From Candidatus Latescibacterota bacterium (GTDB taxonomy: Bacteria; Latescibacterota; UBA2968; UBA8231), in contig OZ253462.1 in assembly GCA_965261395.1 (NCBI GenBank), positions 1,280,001 through 1,344,000 of the forward strand: a stretch of 64,000 bases of DNA. Direction: 5' to 3'. The translations under genes and the position numbers were made by a program. Of the stretch, positions 1-10,061 are shown one piece after another. Numbering within the stretch: position 1 is the stretch's first letter; the number at the start of each line of letters is the position of its first letter. The notes beneath the pieces were generated by a model. It was not told the DNA's origin. It did no database searches and was given only the letters and a program-made list of their open reading frames with translations.

Positions 1-522
1 TACGACCGCGGCGGCGGCACCCGTATGGACTATCCCCTGCCCAGCCCACCCATTGCCATAGCCTAGTGGTTTGTCCGGGTCTTGGGTAAAGCGCCGGAAC
101 ATCGCCGTGGCCGGATTGCCGTCGAACATATCCTTGACGATGGGATTTTCCTTGCCCAGATGGACACAGCTATTGGTTACCTCGACTTTCCCACCGGTGT
201 AGAGCAGGGGGATCTTCTGGGGATCGCTCTCCAGATCGGTCAAGACCATATTGGCGCTAGCTTCGACAAAGCGGGGTTGGATGGCCGTGCCCGAAAAGTC
301 GATCAACGTGTCTGTCCCCGCTCCGTGCGGCGTCACCTTCACCCCCACTCGCCGCATTTCCTGACCCTCCGCATCCAGCACCACATAGGCGCTGCTCCCC
401 TCCAGCGAAAGCGCCGTCGCCCAAGCATTGCCGTCGGCCCCGCCCAGGCGATACTCCGTCACGCTCCAAGCAGGGGAGTGGGCGATCCAACCGATGAGAC
501 AAGAGAGGAGAAGCTGTTGCAT
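1..522 (-). CDS. 5' part of secreted protein, paralogue of 571..2691 (runs off window start)
   Basis: Not in ORF track. ATG at 522 with GGAG RBS; reads MQQLLLSCLIGWIAHSPAWSVTEYRLGGADGNAWATALSLEG...DTLIDFSG...KDMFDGNPAT, open to position 1; N-terminus nearly identical to 571..2691. Confidence 0.9.
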   Translation of the reverse strand, partial: MQQLLLSCLIGWIAHSPAWSVTEYRLGGADGNAWATALSLEGSSAYVVLDAEGQEMRRVGVKVTPHGAGTDTLIDFSGTAIQPRFVEASANMVLTDLESDPQKIPLLYTGGKVEVTNSCVHLGKENPIVKDMFDGNPATAMFRRFTQDPDKPLGYGNGWAGQGIVHTGAAAAVV

Positions 523-570
523 GGCCCGGTCTCCGTTTTTTGGGCCGCGGTCTTCACGCGGAGGCTAGTC

Positions 571-2691
571 TCAGTAGGCTATGGCGAAGGAGCCGATTTG
601 GCGCTCTTGGTCTTTGGTCTCCAGCGTTAGTTCGTAGAGATAAGTGCCCGGCGGCAGGAGCTGTCCTTGTGCGTTGCGACCGTTCCACGCCTGCTCGAAC
701 GCCCCGCTCTTGGCACTGGTCGCCGGCAAGATATGCACCACCCGACCCGCCAGATCATAGATCCGCAACGACACCGGCCGCGCCGTGGCCACCTCCCGCA
801 GCTTATAGGAGAAGACTACTTTGTCGTTGACTCCATCGCCGTTGGGCGTGAAGACCCCCGGCCCGGCCTCCACCTGGATCAGCAGATCGCCCCCCAAAGG
901 CGTCTTCACCGAGAGCGCGTCGCCTGAAAAGCGGAAGGTTGCGTTGCCCGGCTGGATCTGCTGCCGCACTTGGTCGGCATCGGCGCTATTGAACACCCAG
1001 CCCGAAAACTCCGTGCCGAAACGCAATACCGTCGCGTCGAAAACCACCTCAATCAGCTTGAAACTGTCCTCTTCGCCTACTAGTTGGGGGAAGCCGACGA
1101 TTAAGTGCTCATCCTCCATCTCCGGCGGAAAGAGAGCGAAATCCACCTCAACCCCATTTACCTTGAGCGATCGCACGGAATCGACGCGAGTGGGGGTGCG
1201 GATCTCCAGATGGTCGAAACCCACATCTCCCACCCCGAAGACGGGACGAGCGACATAGGTAAAGGTGGTCGGCGTGAAGTCCTCTACAATGATCGGCCAG
1301 ATCTCGCCGACCACCTCCTGCGCCGAAGGCACTTCGGCAAACTGCAAACTCACCTGTTCCAAGCGTGGAGCCGCGGTGAACGTCGAATAGAGCTTGATCT
1401 CCACTTGGATATACTGGCTCGGACCCGGCGACAATAGCGCCGTCCCGTCCGCCCAGGCTGCCGCCACCGTCCCCACGTCCCGCAGCCCCGATGCAAACTC
1501 ATACGGCGTTGACCAGAAACTCCAGTGCGCCGTGTCGTACACCGGGGCCAGCCGCGCGCCCACGTCGATCTTGAGATAGTCCTTCAACGCGATCTGGTCG
1601 AGGTCTCCGTTGGTGTTCTCGGCAAAGTAGAGGCTGGGGTTGGGTGTTTGTCCGGTTCGGGTACGGATCTCAATGCGGGTTCCTTCTGGCACGTCGGCGC
1701 TCCAGCGGATTTTGCCCCAGTTGATCGGCTGCCCAAAGTCGAGGATTTGCGTCAGGTAGGTGGTCTCCTCGACAAAGCCTTCTCCATACACCTCAAACTC
1801 TGCAATCTCCCACGTGCGTAAAGGAAATGGCTGCAGATTGAGATAGCGGATTGACTGGGTGGGGAAGCGCAGGTCGACCACCACATCCAAATTTTCGGTG
1901 GTGGTCTTGAGCACCTTGAGTTGGGGATCAGAAGGGCTTATCCAGTCGAGCCCTTGGCTCTCAGCGGCAAAATTGCAAGGTCCGGGAGCGAAGAGTCGGC
2001 TATTGTCGCCGATCCGCAGTTCGAACCAGCCCAAGAAATTCTCGGCGAAGCTGTCCTGGCCGAACGCTTCGAGCGCCGGTTTGGGCGCGGTGAACTCCTC
2101 GATCAGCAAGCGATCGTCCACCTGGCTCAGCCGAGGATAAAAGCGAATGCGGTTGACGGGGATGGCCCCACCAAAATCCATGGCCACCGACCTCGACCCA
2201 GGCAAGGCCCCCCAGCCATCGCCGAAGCCCGGCGGAAGGTTGGGGTCTTGGGCGAAGGGACGGAAGAAAGCCGTAGTCAAATCCCCGTCAAACATCTTGC
2301 GAATCGCCTTGGAGTCGTTACCCAACGTCGGACAGTAGATATTGTTGGAAGGTCCGGCATTGCCGCCGGTGTAGAAGAAGGGGATCTTTTCCTCCACGCT
2401 CTCCGGGTCAATCAGCGTTATATTGACATTCGAGTCGATAAAGCGGGATTGGATGGCATGGCCCGAAAAGTCGATCAACGTGTCTGTCCCCGCCCCATGC
2501 AGCGTCACCCCCACCTCCACTCGCTGCAGTTCCTGACCCTCCGCATCCAGCACCACATAGGCGCTACCCCCCTCCAGCGAAAGCGCCGTCGTCCAAGCAT
2601 TGCCGTCGGCCCCGCCTAGGCGATACTCCGTCACACCCCAAGCAGGGGAATAACCCAATAGCAAAACGACCAACAGCAATAATGGTTTCAT
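571..2691 (-). CDS. Secreted protein, discoidin-like domain plus C-terminal FlgD-Ig/CHU_C-like domain (706 aa)
   Basis: Signal peptide; MFDGDLTT..DFGGAIPVNRIRFYP motif; C-terminal FTPNGDGVND..YDLAGR..WNGRN..PGTY. Confidence 0.85.
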   Translation of the reverse strand: MKPLLLLVVLLLGYSPAWGVTEYRLGGADGNAWTTALSLEGGSAYVVLDAEGQELQRVEVGVTLHGAGTDTLIDFSGHAIQSRFIDSNVNITLIDPESVEEKIPFFYTGGNAGPSNNIYCPTLGNDSKAIRKMFDGDLTTAFFRPFAQDPNLPPGFGDGWGALPGSRSVAMDFGGAIPVNRIRFYPRLSQVDDRLLIEEFTAPKPALEAFGQDSFAENFLGWFELRIGDNSRLFAPGPCNFAAESQGLDWISPSDPQLKVLKTTTENLDVVVDLRFPTQSIRYLNLQPFPLRTWEIAEFEVYGEGFVEETTYLTQILDFGQPINWGKIRWSADVPEGTRIEIRTRTGQTPNPSLYFAENTNGDLDQIALKDYLKIDVGARLAPVYDTAHWSFWSTPYEFASGLRDVGTVAAAWADGTALLSPGPSQYIQVEIKLYSTFTAAPRLEQVSLQFAEVPSAQEVVGEIWPIIVEDFTPTTFTYVARPVFGVGDVGFDHLEIRTPTRVDSVRSLKVNGVEVDFALFPPEMEDEHLIVGFPQLVGEEDSFKLIEVVFDATVLRFGTEFSGWVFNSADADQVRQQIQPGNATFRFSGDALSVKTPLGGDLLIQVEAGPGVFTPNGDGVNDKVVFSYKLREVATARPVSLRIYDLAGRVVHILPATSAKSGAFEQAWNGRNAQGQLLPPGTYLYELTLETKDQERQIGSFAIAY

Positions 2692-2902
2692 AGCTTCCCC
2701 TCTTCCCGATGGGAAGATAGCGGCTATACCCAGTATATTTATATTGCTTATAATATGAAGATTTACAGAGGCAATCCAGCTTTTAAAACGCGCTACCGAG
2801 CGGAGCGCTGTTGTTGCTCGGTGCTGCCGCCGAAATCGCGTATATTGAGGTTTATCAGTTAAACTGAACTAGCGGTAAAGCCGCCATCTCCCAGAGGCTG
2901 AG

Positions 2903-5029
2903 ATGTTCGAATCCAGTCGTGTGCTGAGCCTGATCGTTGGTGTATCAAGTCTCACTTTCCTCTCTGCGGCCGGCACTGCGGCCCTAGAGTCGGTCGTGAT
3001 CGGCTGGGACGGCGATCTCGATTGGCAGGGTAGTGGTTCGGCTACCGTGGAGACCATCGACGCCGAATACCTCGCCCCACCCGATCCCAACAACCCCGGG
3101 GGCACTCCCCAATTGCTGATCGGTAATGCACCCGGCGATCTCGTCGAATTCGATAGTGCCGATTTTCCCAAAAGCCTGCTGCCCCAACTACTGGTCGAAT
3201 GTCCTGATGGCACCTGCCCCGAGGCCAATGTAGCCGCCGGCACGATCTCTCGGGGCGGACGCATCCGGATCCCTACCTTCTCCAGCTTCACACTCCAGTA
3301 CAAGTCGACCAATCTCAAGGAGAATTTGGAGGAGATGATAAACAGCAGGGCCGGAGGCGAGGAGGATGCGCTCGAACTCAAGAACTTCAACGCCTTTGGC
3401 CAGCTCCTCATTCTCGACATGGGTGCCCGCTTTCCCGTCAACCGCATCCGCTTCTATCCGCGCGATTCGGTCCAGAAATCGCCCGCTACGCCCTTCCAGA
3501 ACGACTTTCTAAGGGCCTACGAACTCTTTACCAACGACGGCCTCAATCTCACTAGGGAGGGGAACCAGATCTGGAATCCCTTGGTGCTCGAACGGGACAA
3601 CCGCCACCCCGTCGTCGATGTGCGGCTCGACCCACCGCGCTATGTCAGGTCCATACGCATGAAGTCGCTTACCCAATTCGATTGGGAGATCGACGAGTTC
3701 GAAGTCTATGGCCAGGGCTTCCTGCCCACAGCTTCCTATATATCCGACATATTCGACGCCGGCGGACCCGCCACTTGGATCAAGCTGCGTTGGGACGAGG
3801 AAATAGTGGGGGACCCGGACTTTTCCCAGATGCAGATCCGCACCCGGACCGGCATCGACGACTCGCCTTTCGTCTTTACCCGCACTCTGCGGGGCAAGCC
3901 CAACGCCGAAGAGATCCCCTTCTCCGTCGACGACCCGACCCAAGATATGACCCGCAGGGAGTTCGAGAGCCTGCCCAAGATCGATGCCGACGGCCGCGAA
4001 TGGGAACCCGCCTCAGTGCTGGATGACCTAGTGAACTGGAGCCCTTTCAGCACGCCCTTTGCCGCCAACGCTGCCAATGGCCCCGGCAGTCCCATCGTCT
4101 CGCCCAGCCCGCGGCGCTATTTCCAGTTCCAGGTGTTCTTCGATAGCAAATCCTTGGACGCCGCCCGCGTGCTGCGGTCCCTCGGTTTCGATTTCCTGGT
4201 CCCGCCGCTCGCCGACGAACTCATCGGCGAGATCTTTCCGCGCCGGGTCGAGCCGTCGACATCCGTTTCTTTTATCTACGCGGTGCGGCCCGTCATGCAT
4301 ACGACGGGTTTGCTGGGCTTCGACACCATTGAGATCTACACCCCGACCCAGGTCGAGAGCATCGACCGAATCGAGATCTTGGACGCGGAGGGTCAGATGG
4401 TCGCCAGCCGCGATTTCGCCGACCTGTCTGACAGGACCTTGGTCGACGATTTCCAGATCACTGCGGTGGCCAACGACCGCTTCTCGGTGCGTCTGCCCCT
4501 GATCCAGGAAGATGGTGCCCAGGCTCGCATCTTCTTCAGTACCAGCGTCCTCACCTATAGCACCAATTTTCCTTCTGCAGCCCTGATTTCCACCGAACCC
4601 GACGCCGCGCAGGGGATTACTTCGGGTGAGGTGGCCGTCCTTGGGGAGGACGACCGGCCCGATTTCTCCGGAATCACCGTGCTCAGCCCCAAAATCCAGG
4701 AAGGGAGCATCCTCGCTAAGGTCGAACTCGGCCCCAACCCCTTCACTCCCAACGGGGACGGCGTCAACGATGTGATCGGAGTGAACTACAGCTTGCTTTC
4801 CCTCAGCGTCCCCCGGCCTGTCTATATCGGCGTCTACGACCTCGCAGGCCGGAGCTTGCGCGTCTTGCACGAAGGCCCCGAACGCAATGGCCGCTACGAG
4901 GACAAGGGCTGGGATGGCCGCGACGACGCGGGCGCACTGGCCGCTCCCGGAATCTATATAGTGCGGATTGAAGTCGTGGGAGACGCCGAGACCGATGTGC
5001 AGTCTCGGGTCGTCGCGCTGGTCTACTGA
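2903..5029 (+). CDS. Secreted protein of the same FlgD-Ig-tailed family (708 aa)
   Basis: DMGARFPVNRIRFYP, EFEVYGQGF, RTRTG, NPFTPNGDGVND, YDLAGR, WDGRD motifs; divergent from 571..2691. Confidence 0.85.
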   Translation: MFESSRVLSLIVGVSSLTFLSAAGTAALESVVIGWDGDLDWQGSGSATVETIDAEYLAPPDPNNPGGTPQLLIGNAPGDLVEFDSADFPKSLLPQLLVECPDGTCPEANVAAGTISRGGRIRIPTFSSFTLQYKSTNLKENLEEMINSRAGGEEDALELKNFNAFGQLLILDMGARFPVNRIRFYPRDSVQKSPATPFQNDFLRAYELFTNDGLNLTREGNQIWNPLVLERDNRHPVVDVRLDPPRYVRSIRMKSLTQFDWEIDEFEVYGQGFLPTASYISDIFDAGGPATWIKLRWDEEIVGDPDFSQMQIRTRTGIDDSPFVFTRTLRGKPNAEEIPFSVDDPTQDMTRREFESLPKIDADGREWEPASVLDDLVNWSPFSTPFAANAANGPGSPIVSPSPRRYFQFQVFFDSKSLDAARVLRSLGFDFLVPPLADELIGEIFPRRVEPSTSVSFIYAVRPVMHTTGLLGFDTIEIYTPTQVESIDRIEILDAEGQMVASRDFADLSDRTLVDDFQITAVANDRFSVRLPLIQEDGAQARIFFSTSVLTYSTNFPSAALISTEPDAAQGITSGEVAVLGEDDRPDFSGITVLSPKIQEGSILAKVELGPNPFTPNGDGVNDVIGVNYSLLSLSVPRPVYIGVYDLAGRSLRVLHEGPERNGRYEDKGWDGRDDAGALAAPGIYIVRIEVVGDAETDVQSRVVALVY

Positions 5030-5112
5030 AGCGGAGCTGTCGCGGGACCGAATGGCTATGGGGGATACGTTCCCAGCTTTACTCGTAGCGCAGGGTATTG
5101 CGCCCGATCACC

Positions 5113-7404
5113 TTACTCTTTCGCACCCATACCGCCGAAGATTTCCTCAACCTGCTGCCGCGCTTGCCGTTGCGCCTTGTGCTCAAGGCGCTTTTCCCGG
5201 TTAGCGCGGGCATAGCGCGCCATATGCTCTTGGGCCGCGGCTGCTTCTCCCGTGCGTTTATACAAGTTGGCTAAGCAAAAATGCGTCTGGATCATTTGCG
5301 GATCGAGTTCCAGAACCCGCCCAAAATGCTCGATAGCCTCCTCATAGCGACCTAGTTTAGCCAGCATCATGCCCAGCCCCCAGTGCCCAGCCACGTCGTC
5401 CGGCTCCAACTCGACCGCTTGGCGGTGATGGGCTTCGGCCTCACTGATTCGGGCATTCGGCTTTAGGGGAAGAGTCTGTTGCTGGGCTCCTTCATGCGCC
5501 ACCAGCAGATTCGCCAGACGGGTGTGTAGCTCCGCTCTCTCTGGCTCGTCGCTCAATAGCCGGCGGTACTCTCTGGTAGCCGCCAGACTGTCCTGCGTCT
5601 CGTAGAGACGGGCCAACTGGTAGCGCACCACGCTCGAGTCGGGGCGGATCTCTAGGGTGCGGCGATAGGCACTCGCCGCCAAGATGGGTTTTCCGGCCAT
5701 CAGATAGGCATAGCCGAGACGGCCGAAGAGGGCTGCCCAGTCGGGCCGCAGCGCAGTGAGGTTTTCGTACTGGACGATGGCCTCTGGGTAGCGTCGAGCC
5801 GCCAGAAAGGCATGGCCCAACAGGAAGCGGGCCGGGGTGGCCTCCGGATTCTTTTTTACGTAGGTGCTATAGGCCTCAATGGCCTTGGCATGCTCCTGCC
5901 TTTCCCCGTAGAGCGCGGCCAGCCGCAGGAGAGCTTCCCCGTGATCGGGCTGACGCTCAAGCGCGATGCGGAACTCGTGTAGGGCATCGGCCTGCATCCC
6001 CTTTCGCACATAGGCATCCCCTAGGGCAAAATGCTCTTCGGCGCTCCCTACCATGTTCATGGAACCGATGCCGGTATTGACCGCCAGCGTCAAGGCGACA
6101 AAGAGGGGCCAGAGAATGATCTTCCGACCCCTAGACCGAAACATTTCGCTCAGGCCAAAACCGGCGAGGAGCAGGGCGAAAGGCACCGCCGGCAGGCGAT
6201 AGCGCGAAGTGACGAAAAACAGGACGACCGAAAGCATGTAAACCAGTAGGAAAAGCGCAGGCAGAGTCGCGGCACCAGCATCGGACCGACGCCACAGACA
6301 GACTATGCCGATCAGCGCCAGGGGGGCGACCAGACCGAAGGGAAAGGCCAACCCGTACTTCCACAGCAGGAGGCGCAGCACAGTAGAATCGCGCCGGGCG
6401 TAATACGGGTCGAGGTTGCGCTGGATTTCATCGCCGCGCCAGAAGAGACGGAGCTTGTGGGCCAGCAAGCGCAGATAGCCCAAGGGATCTGCGCTGATAA
6501 ACTGCCAGGATTGGGCAAAAAAATAGTGCGACTTGGCGGATGGCCGTTCTATCCCCGCTTCGATTTCGGGTTTTTCTACCAGCAGGGCCCAATCCCTTCC
6601 CGGACGGATATTGACCGTGCGCTCGTAATCGGGGTTGTTGCCGATGTAGAAGTTAATACCGGCGTTGTGCGAGATCAGCACCCAGTCGCCGCCCACCAGA
6701 TGGTTGCGCACCGTCACTGGGGCTATGGCCAGAGCGCAGCCCAGGAGCAGCAAAGCAGTACGCTTCGCCTTGTCGGCGTTGGGAATGGAATCTTCCAAGC
6801 GCCAGAGCCACCATACCACGACTGGCAGGAAGAGCAGGATGTTGGCCACGGCCAGTGCGGCCAAACCCATCAGCGCCCCCGCTAGTAGCCAGCGCTTGGA
6901 GTCGCCGTAGGGTGGCCGGACCACCGAGAGAAAGAACAGCAGGTTGAGGAAAATCGCCAGGCCGACTGGCAGCAACTCACCATCGAAGTAAATGAGAGGT
7001 CCGCAACAGGCGGCACCCAGAGCGGCACCTAGGGCGATTCCGGGCGCGAAGAGCCGGCGTCCTATGATTAGGAGCAAGATGCAGCTTCCCGCCCCTAACA
7101 AGGCTTGAACTAGGCGCGGCCAGTAGTAATTCTCCCCCCCGACCCCAAAGATCAGCGCCAGAAAGTAGGGATAGAGCGGTGGCTGCCAGAAGGGCTCAGG
7201 TGCGTCTGCCCAAGCCCCGCCGGCTAGGTCGAGCGCCATCTCGGTGTAGACTCTGGCGTCGATTACCGGCGCGTCGAAAAAGGGACTCGCGGCGCTTTCG
7301 TGGATGTACAATACTCGCAGAGCCAGAGCTAGGCAGCCGATCAACAGCGCCTGGCTCCAAGGCTGCTGCAACCAGTTTGTCTCCCCGTCCTTATAGACCT
7401 GCAT
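5113..7404 (-). CDS. GT-C (PMT/GT39-like) membrane glycosyltransferase with C-terminal TPR repeats
   Basis: DARVY..FWQPPLYPYFLA motif, many TM segments, NAGINFYIGNNP, RYRLP, then TPR repeats; start may be slightly downstream. Confidence 0.85.
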   Translation of the reverse strand: MQVYKDGETNWLQQPWSQALLIGCLALALRVLYIHESAASPFFDAPVIDARVYTEMALDLAGGAWADAPEPFWQPPLYPYFLALIFGVGGENYYWPRLVQALLGAGSCILLLIIGRRLFAPGIALGAALGAACCGPLIYFDGELLPVGLAIFLNLLFFLSVVRPPYGDSKRWLLAGALMGLAALAVANILLFLPVVVWWLWRLEDSIPNADKAKRTALLLLGCALAIAPVTVRNHLVGGDWVLISHNAGINFYIGNNPDYERTVNIRPGRDWALLVEKPEIEAGIERPSAKSHYFFAQSWQFISADPLGYLRLLAHKLRLFWRGDEIQRNLDPYYARRDSTVLRLLLWKYGLAFPFGLVAPLALIGIVCLWRRSDAGAATLPALFLLVYMLSVVLFFVTSRYRLPAVPFALLLAGFGLSEMFRSRGRKIILWPLFVALTLAVNTGIGSMNMVGSAEEHFALGDAYVRKGMQADALHEFRIALERQPDHGEALLRLAALYGERQEHAKAIEAYSTYVKKNPEATPARFLLGHAFLAARRYPEAIVQYENLTALRPDWAALFGRLGYAYLMAGKPILAASAYRRTLEIRPDSSVVRYQLARLYETQDSLAATREYRRLLSDEPERAELHTRLANLLVAHEGAQQQTLPLKPNARISEAEAHHRQAVELEPDDVAGHWGLGMMLAKLGRYEEAIEHFGRVLELDPQMIQTHFCLANLYKRTGEAAAAQEHMARYARANREKRLEHKAQRQARQQVEEIFGGMGAKE

Positions 7405-10042
7405 AGAAGGTGAGAAAGCTCTGCGTAATTGTCTCCGATGCCTGTGTCTTGAAGTTCTTGCGGTCGATCTTCACTCCGCCTTGCATAGTGAGTTGATATC
7501 CTTGGTAGGCGGATACGTTGGTGAATTGGGCCGCCCAGGCGATGCCGTTGAAGTCGTTGGAGTCGCGCACGAAATCGTTGGAGAAGGTCAGCTCCAACCC
7601 CGACTGGAAGCGAGTGTGAGCGAGCAGCGGCACGCTCAAGATAAAGCCGCCGATCTCCGCCAATTCTTCCCTCTCCTCGTGCGAGAAAAGGTCGAATGTC
7701 TGCCTACGGTACTCGCTTTTCCAACGTGGCTCGATCTGCAGCGCACCTAGGTCGAAGCGATAACTGAACTTGTTGATCAGACCGATGAAATAGTCCTGCT
7801 TGCGTAGGCTCAAGAGCGTGCGCTGTTCCTTATCGATACGCTGGCGATAAAACTCGTATTTGAAGAAGTTCTTGGTCCTGAACCCTCCCTGTTGGTAATC
7901 GTGGCCCGCCCATAGCGAATTGACCCAAGTGTCGGGGGCGAGGAGTGGGTCTTCGATCAGGGTCCCCTCGCCGGTGCGCAAAAGTGCGCCTGGCAGCCAC
8001 TGCAGCAGGTTGTCGGGAATATTGTCTTGCACCGATTTGAACGAATCGAAGAGACGGAATCGGCCCCACTCCGGCGTATCCTTGTCCAGGGTGAAGAGCA
8101 GATACTTGGAGATATTCTCGCGGTCGGCCGAGATCAACTCCTCACGCATCAGGCCGGCCGTGACGCGGATCTCGGGCGTGACGTGGGCACCGGCGTAGAT
8201 GTTGAATCCGCGGTGGTCCTTGCGATAGGGGTAGTCCGGTTCTTCGTCGTTTTCGAAGCGGTCGATCCAGATATTGTTATTCATGTCGATGCCGAAGAGA
8301 AACTCCGGTCGGTCGACGTTGTGGCGCAGGAAAGCCTCTTCGTAGTCGGGGGTGGAATTGGTTAAGAGCCGGTTGTCGTTCTGGTTAAAGTCGGAGATGA
8401 AATCGTTGTTCTCGTCCCAACCGGGGAAGACTGCGTTGTCGCCGTTGCGCGTGTCCATGCGGATGGTGTCGGCGAAGCGATCTTGGTCGTCGTTGTCAGC
8501 GACGAATTCCACCACGTAAATCCGCTCGTCCTCGTAGTCGATAAAGCCACCGGCATCCGAGGTGAAGGTGCTGGTATTATAGCGCGGATCCATGCTGTAA
8601 GCCTCGCCAAAGAAGAACCAGGGATAGGTGGACTTTGAGAGGTTCATCATCCAGGCCGGGGCCGACCGCTGTCCCTTGATGCCCGACGAGGTCGAGTGGC
8701 TTTTGGCGTTGATGTTCGGGTACTTGGTGTAGCTGTAGCTCAGGTCGTACTCGCCGTAGAAGTCAAAGCCCTTCACATCTCTCACCTCCACGGTGCCGCC
8801 CCATATCTGGGTGGCGGTGGGCAAACCGTATTGGAAACTCACCGTCCTCAGGTTCGTGTTGTCTTGGATATTGCCCTCGGCTTGGGCTACTAGGAGCAAC
8901 ACCGAGGTGTTGCTGGTGTTCAGTTGTCGGTCCGAAGTCATCCAGATCTGGTAGTCGTTGGCCAGCACCATCTGGAATTCGATGTTCTCGATCTGCTCCT
9001 TGGAGCCGCTCGAGCGGTTGAGGAAGGCCGGGCTGTCGAAATCGTAGCGCAGGCGGATCTGCTCGGTGCCATCAGCGGCGATAAATCCCTCGCGGATAAA
9101 ACCGCCTTGGATGATTGGTTCGAAGCGGATCTCCTTTCCCCGGTCCACGGTGCCGTCTCTATAAGTGATGATGATATCTGACCCGGCGGGGAAGAAGGCT
9201 GCGCCGCCTACCCCATCCTCGGGGCTGTCGTCGCGCAGCACGACCTCAATCGCCGAGACCGTGGCCTTTTGGTCGAGGGTGAGTTCACCTTGGATAGGGT
9301 TGCCCCGAAACCCATCGACGAGCGTATTGGACTGGTGGGCGTTGACATTGGTGAGGCCCATGGTGACGAAGTCGCCGACCTGGACGGTCAAGCGCCCGCC
9401 GGCCAGAGTCGTCATATTGGTGACCAGATTCTCCTGGTCCCGGGTCGAACTGCCTCCCGGACGGCTCAGACGCGAGAAAATGACGGTCCCCTGGTACTTG
9501 TCGGAAGCGAAATCGACTTGCACTCCGTCCCAGCGCGGCTTGGAAAAGGTCATCGGCGTCAGCGTCGAACGAATCTCGTTGCTCACCGTTACCGCATAGT
9601 GGTATTGGCCCTTAGTGTCGACTGAGATGAGCAGCCCGGAGAACCACTCTTGGAAACGCGACGACTTGAAAATGGAACTACCAAACTGCGCGGGCTGGAC
9701 TTGGGAGGTGTTGAAGATCAGCCAGCCCCGGCCGATATAACTCCCGTACAAGTCGTAAAAGTAGTCCCCTTCTAGGGTCGTATTGACGTAGCGCTGGAAG
9801 TTTTGCCGGGCGTAGTTTGAATATTCCCACTGCTTCCAGCGGTACTCGTTATAGAGTTCCTGGGGCACATACCACCGACGCACCGCCGGGTCCAGCGCCC
9901 CGAACATCACGCCGGCCCCCTGGGGTTCGTAAGTGACCTCCCCACCCCGTTGCACACCCAGACGGTTGCCGTAGTCCTGAGCCTGTACGACAGATACTAG
10001 GAAAGAGCAACATATAACGCATAGCAGGCAAGCTCGTCTCAC
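7391..10042 (-). CDS. Secreted hypothetical protein (883 aa), possible outer-membrane beta-barrel with acidic Ca-binding-like loops
   Basis: Signal peptide (VVQA-QDY), amphipathic strand pattern in C-terminal third, DxNxD-type repeats. Confidence 0.7.
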   Translation of the reverse strand: MRRACLLCVICCSFLVSVVQAQDYGNRLGVQRGGEVTYEPQGAGVMFGALDPAVRRWYVPQELYNEYRWKQWEYSNYARQNFQRYVNTTLEGDYFYDLYGSYIGRGWLIFNTSQVQPAQFGSSIFKSSRFQEWFSGLLISVDTKGQYHYAVTVSNEIRSTLTPMTFSKPRWDGVQVDFASDKYQGTVIFSRLSRPGGSSTRDQENLVTNMTTLAGGRLTVQVGDFVTMGLTNVNAHQSNTLVDGFRGNPIQGELTLDQKATVSAIEVVLRDDSPEDGVGGAAFFPAGSDIIITYRDGTVDRGKEIRFEPIIQGGFIREGFIAADGTEQIRLRYDFDSPAFLNRSSGSKEQIENIEFQMVLANDYQIWMTSDRQLNTSNTSVLLLVAQAEGNIQDNTNLRTVSFQYGLPTATQIWGGTVEVRDVKGFDFYGEYDLSYSYTKYPNINAKSHSTSSGIKGQRSAPAWMMNLSKSTYPWFFFGEAYSMDPRYNTSTFTSDAGGFIDYEDERIYVVEFVADNDDQDRFADTIRMDTRNGDNAVFPGWDENNDFISDFNQNDNRLLTNSTPDYEEAFLRHNVDRPEFLFGIDMNNNIWIDRFENDEEPDYPYRKDHRGFNIYAGAHVTPEIRVTAGLMREELISADRENISKYLLFTLDKDTPEWGRFRLFDSFKSVQDNIPDNLLQWLPGALLRTGEGTLIEDPLLAPDTWVNSLWAGHDYQQGGFRTKNFFKYEFYRQRIDKEQRTLLSLRKQDYFIGLINKFSYRFDLGALQIEPRWKSEYRRQTFDLFSHEEREELAEIGGFILSVPLLAHTRFQSGLELTFSNDFVRDSNDFNGIAWAAQFTNVSAYQGYQLTMQGGVKIDRKNFKTQASETITQSFLTFYAGL

Positions 10043-10061
10043 GAGGAAGGCTCCTTGTAAA

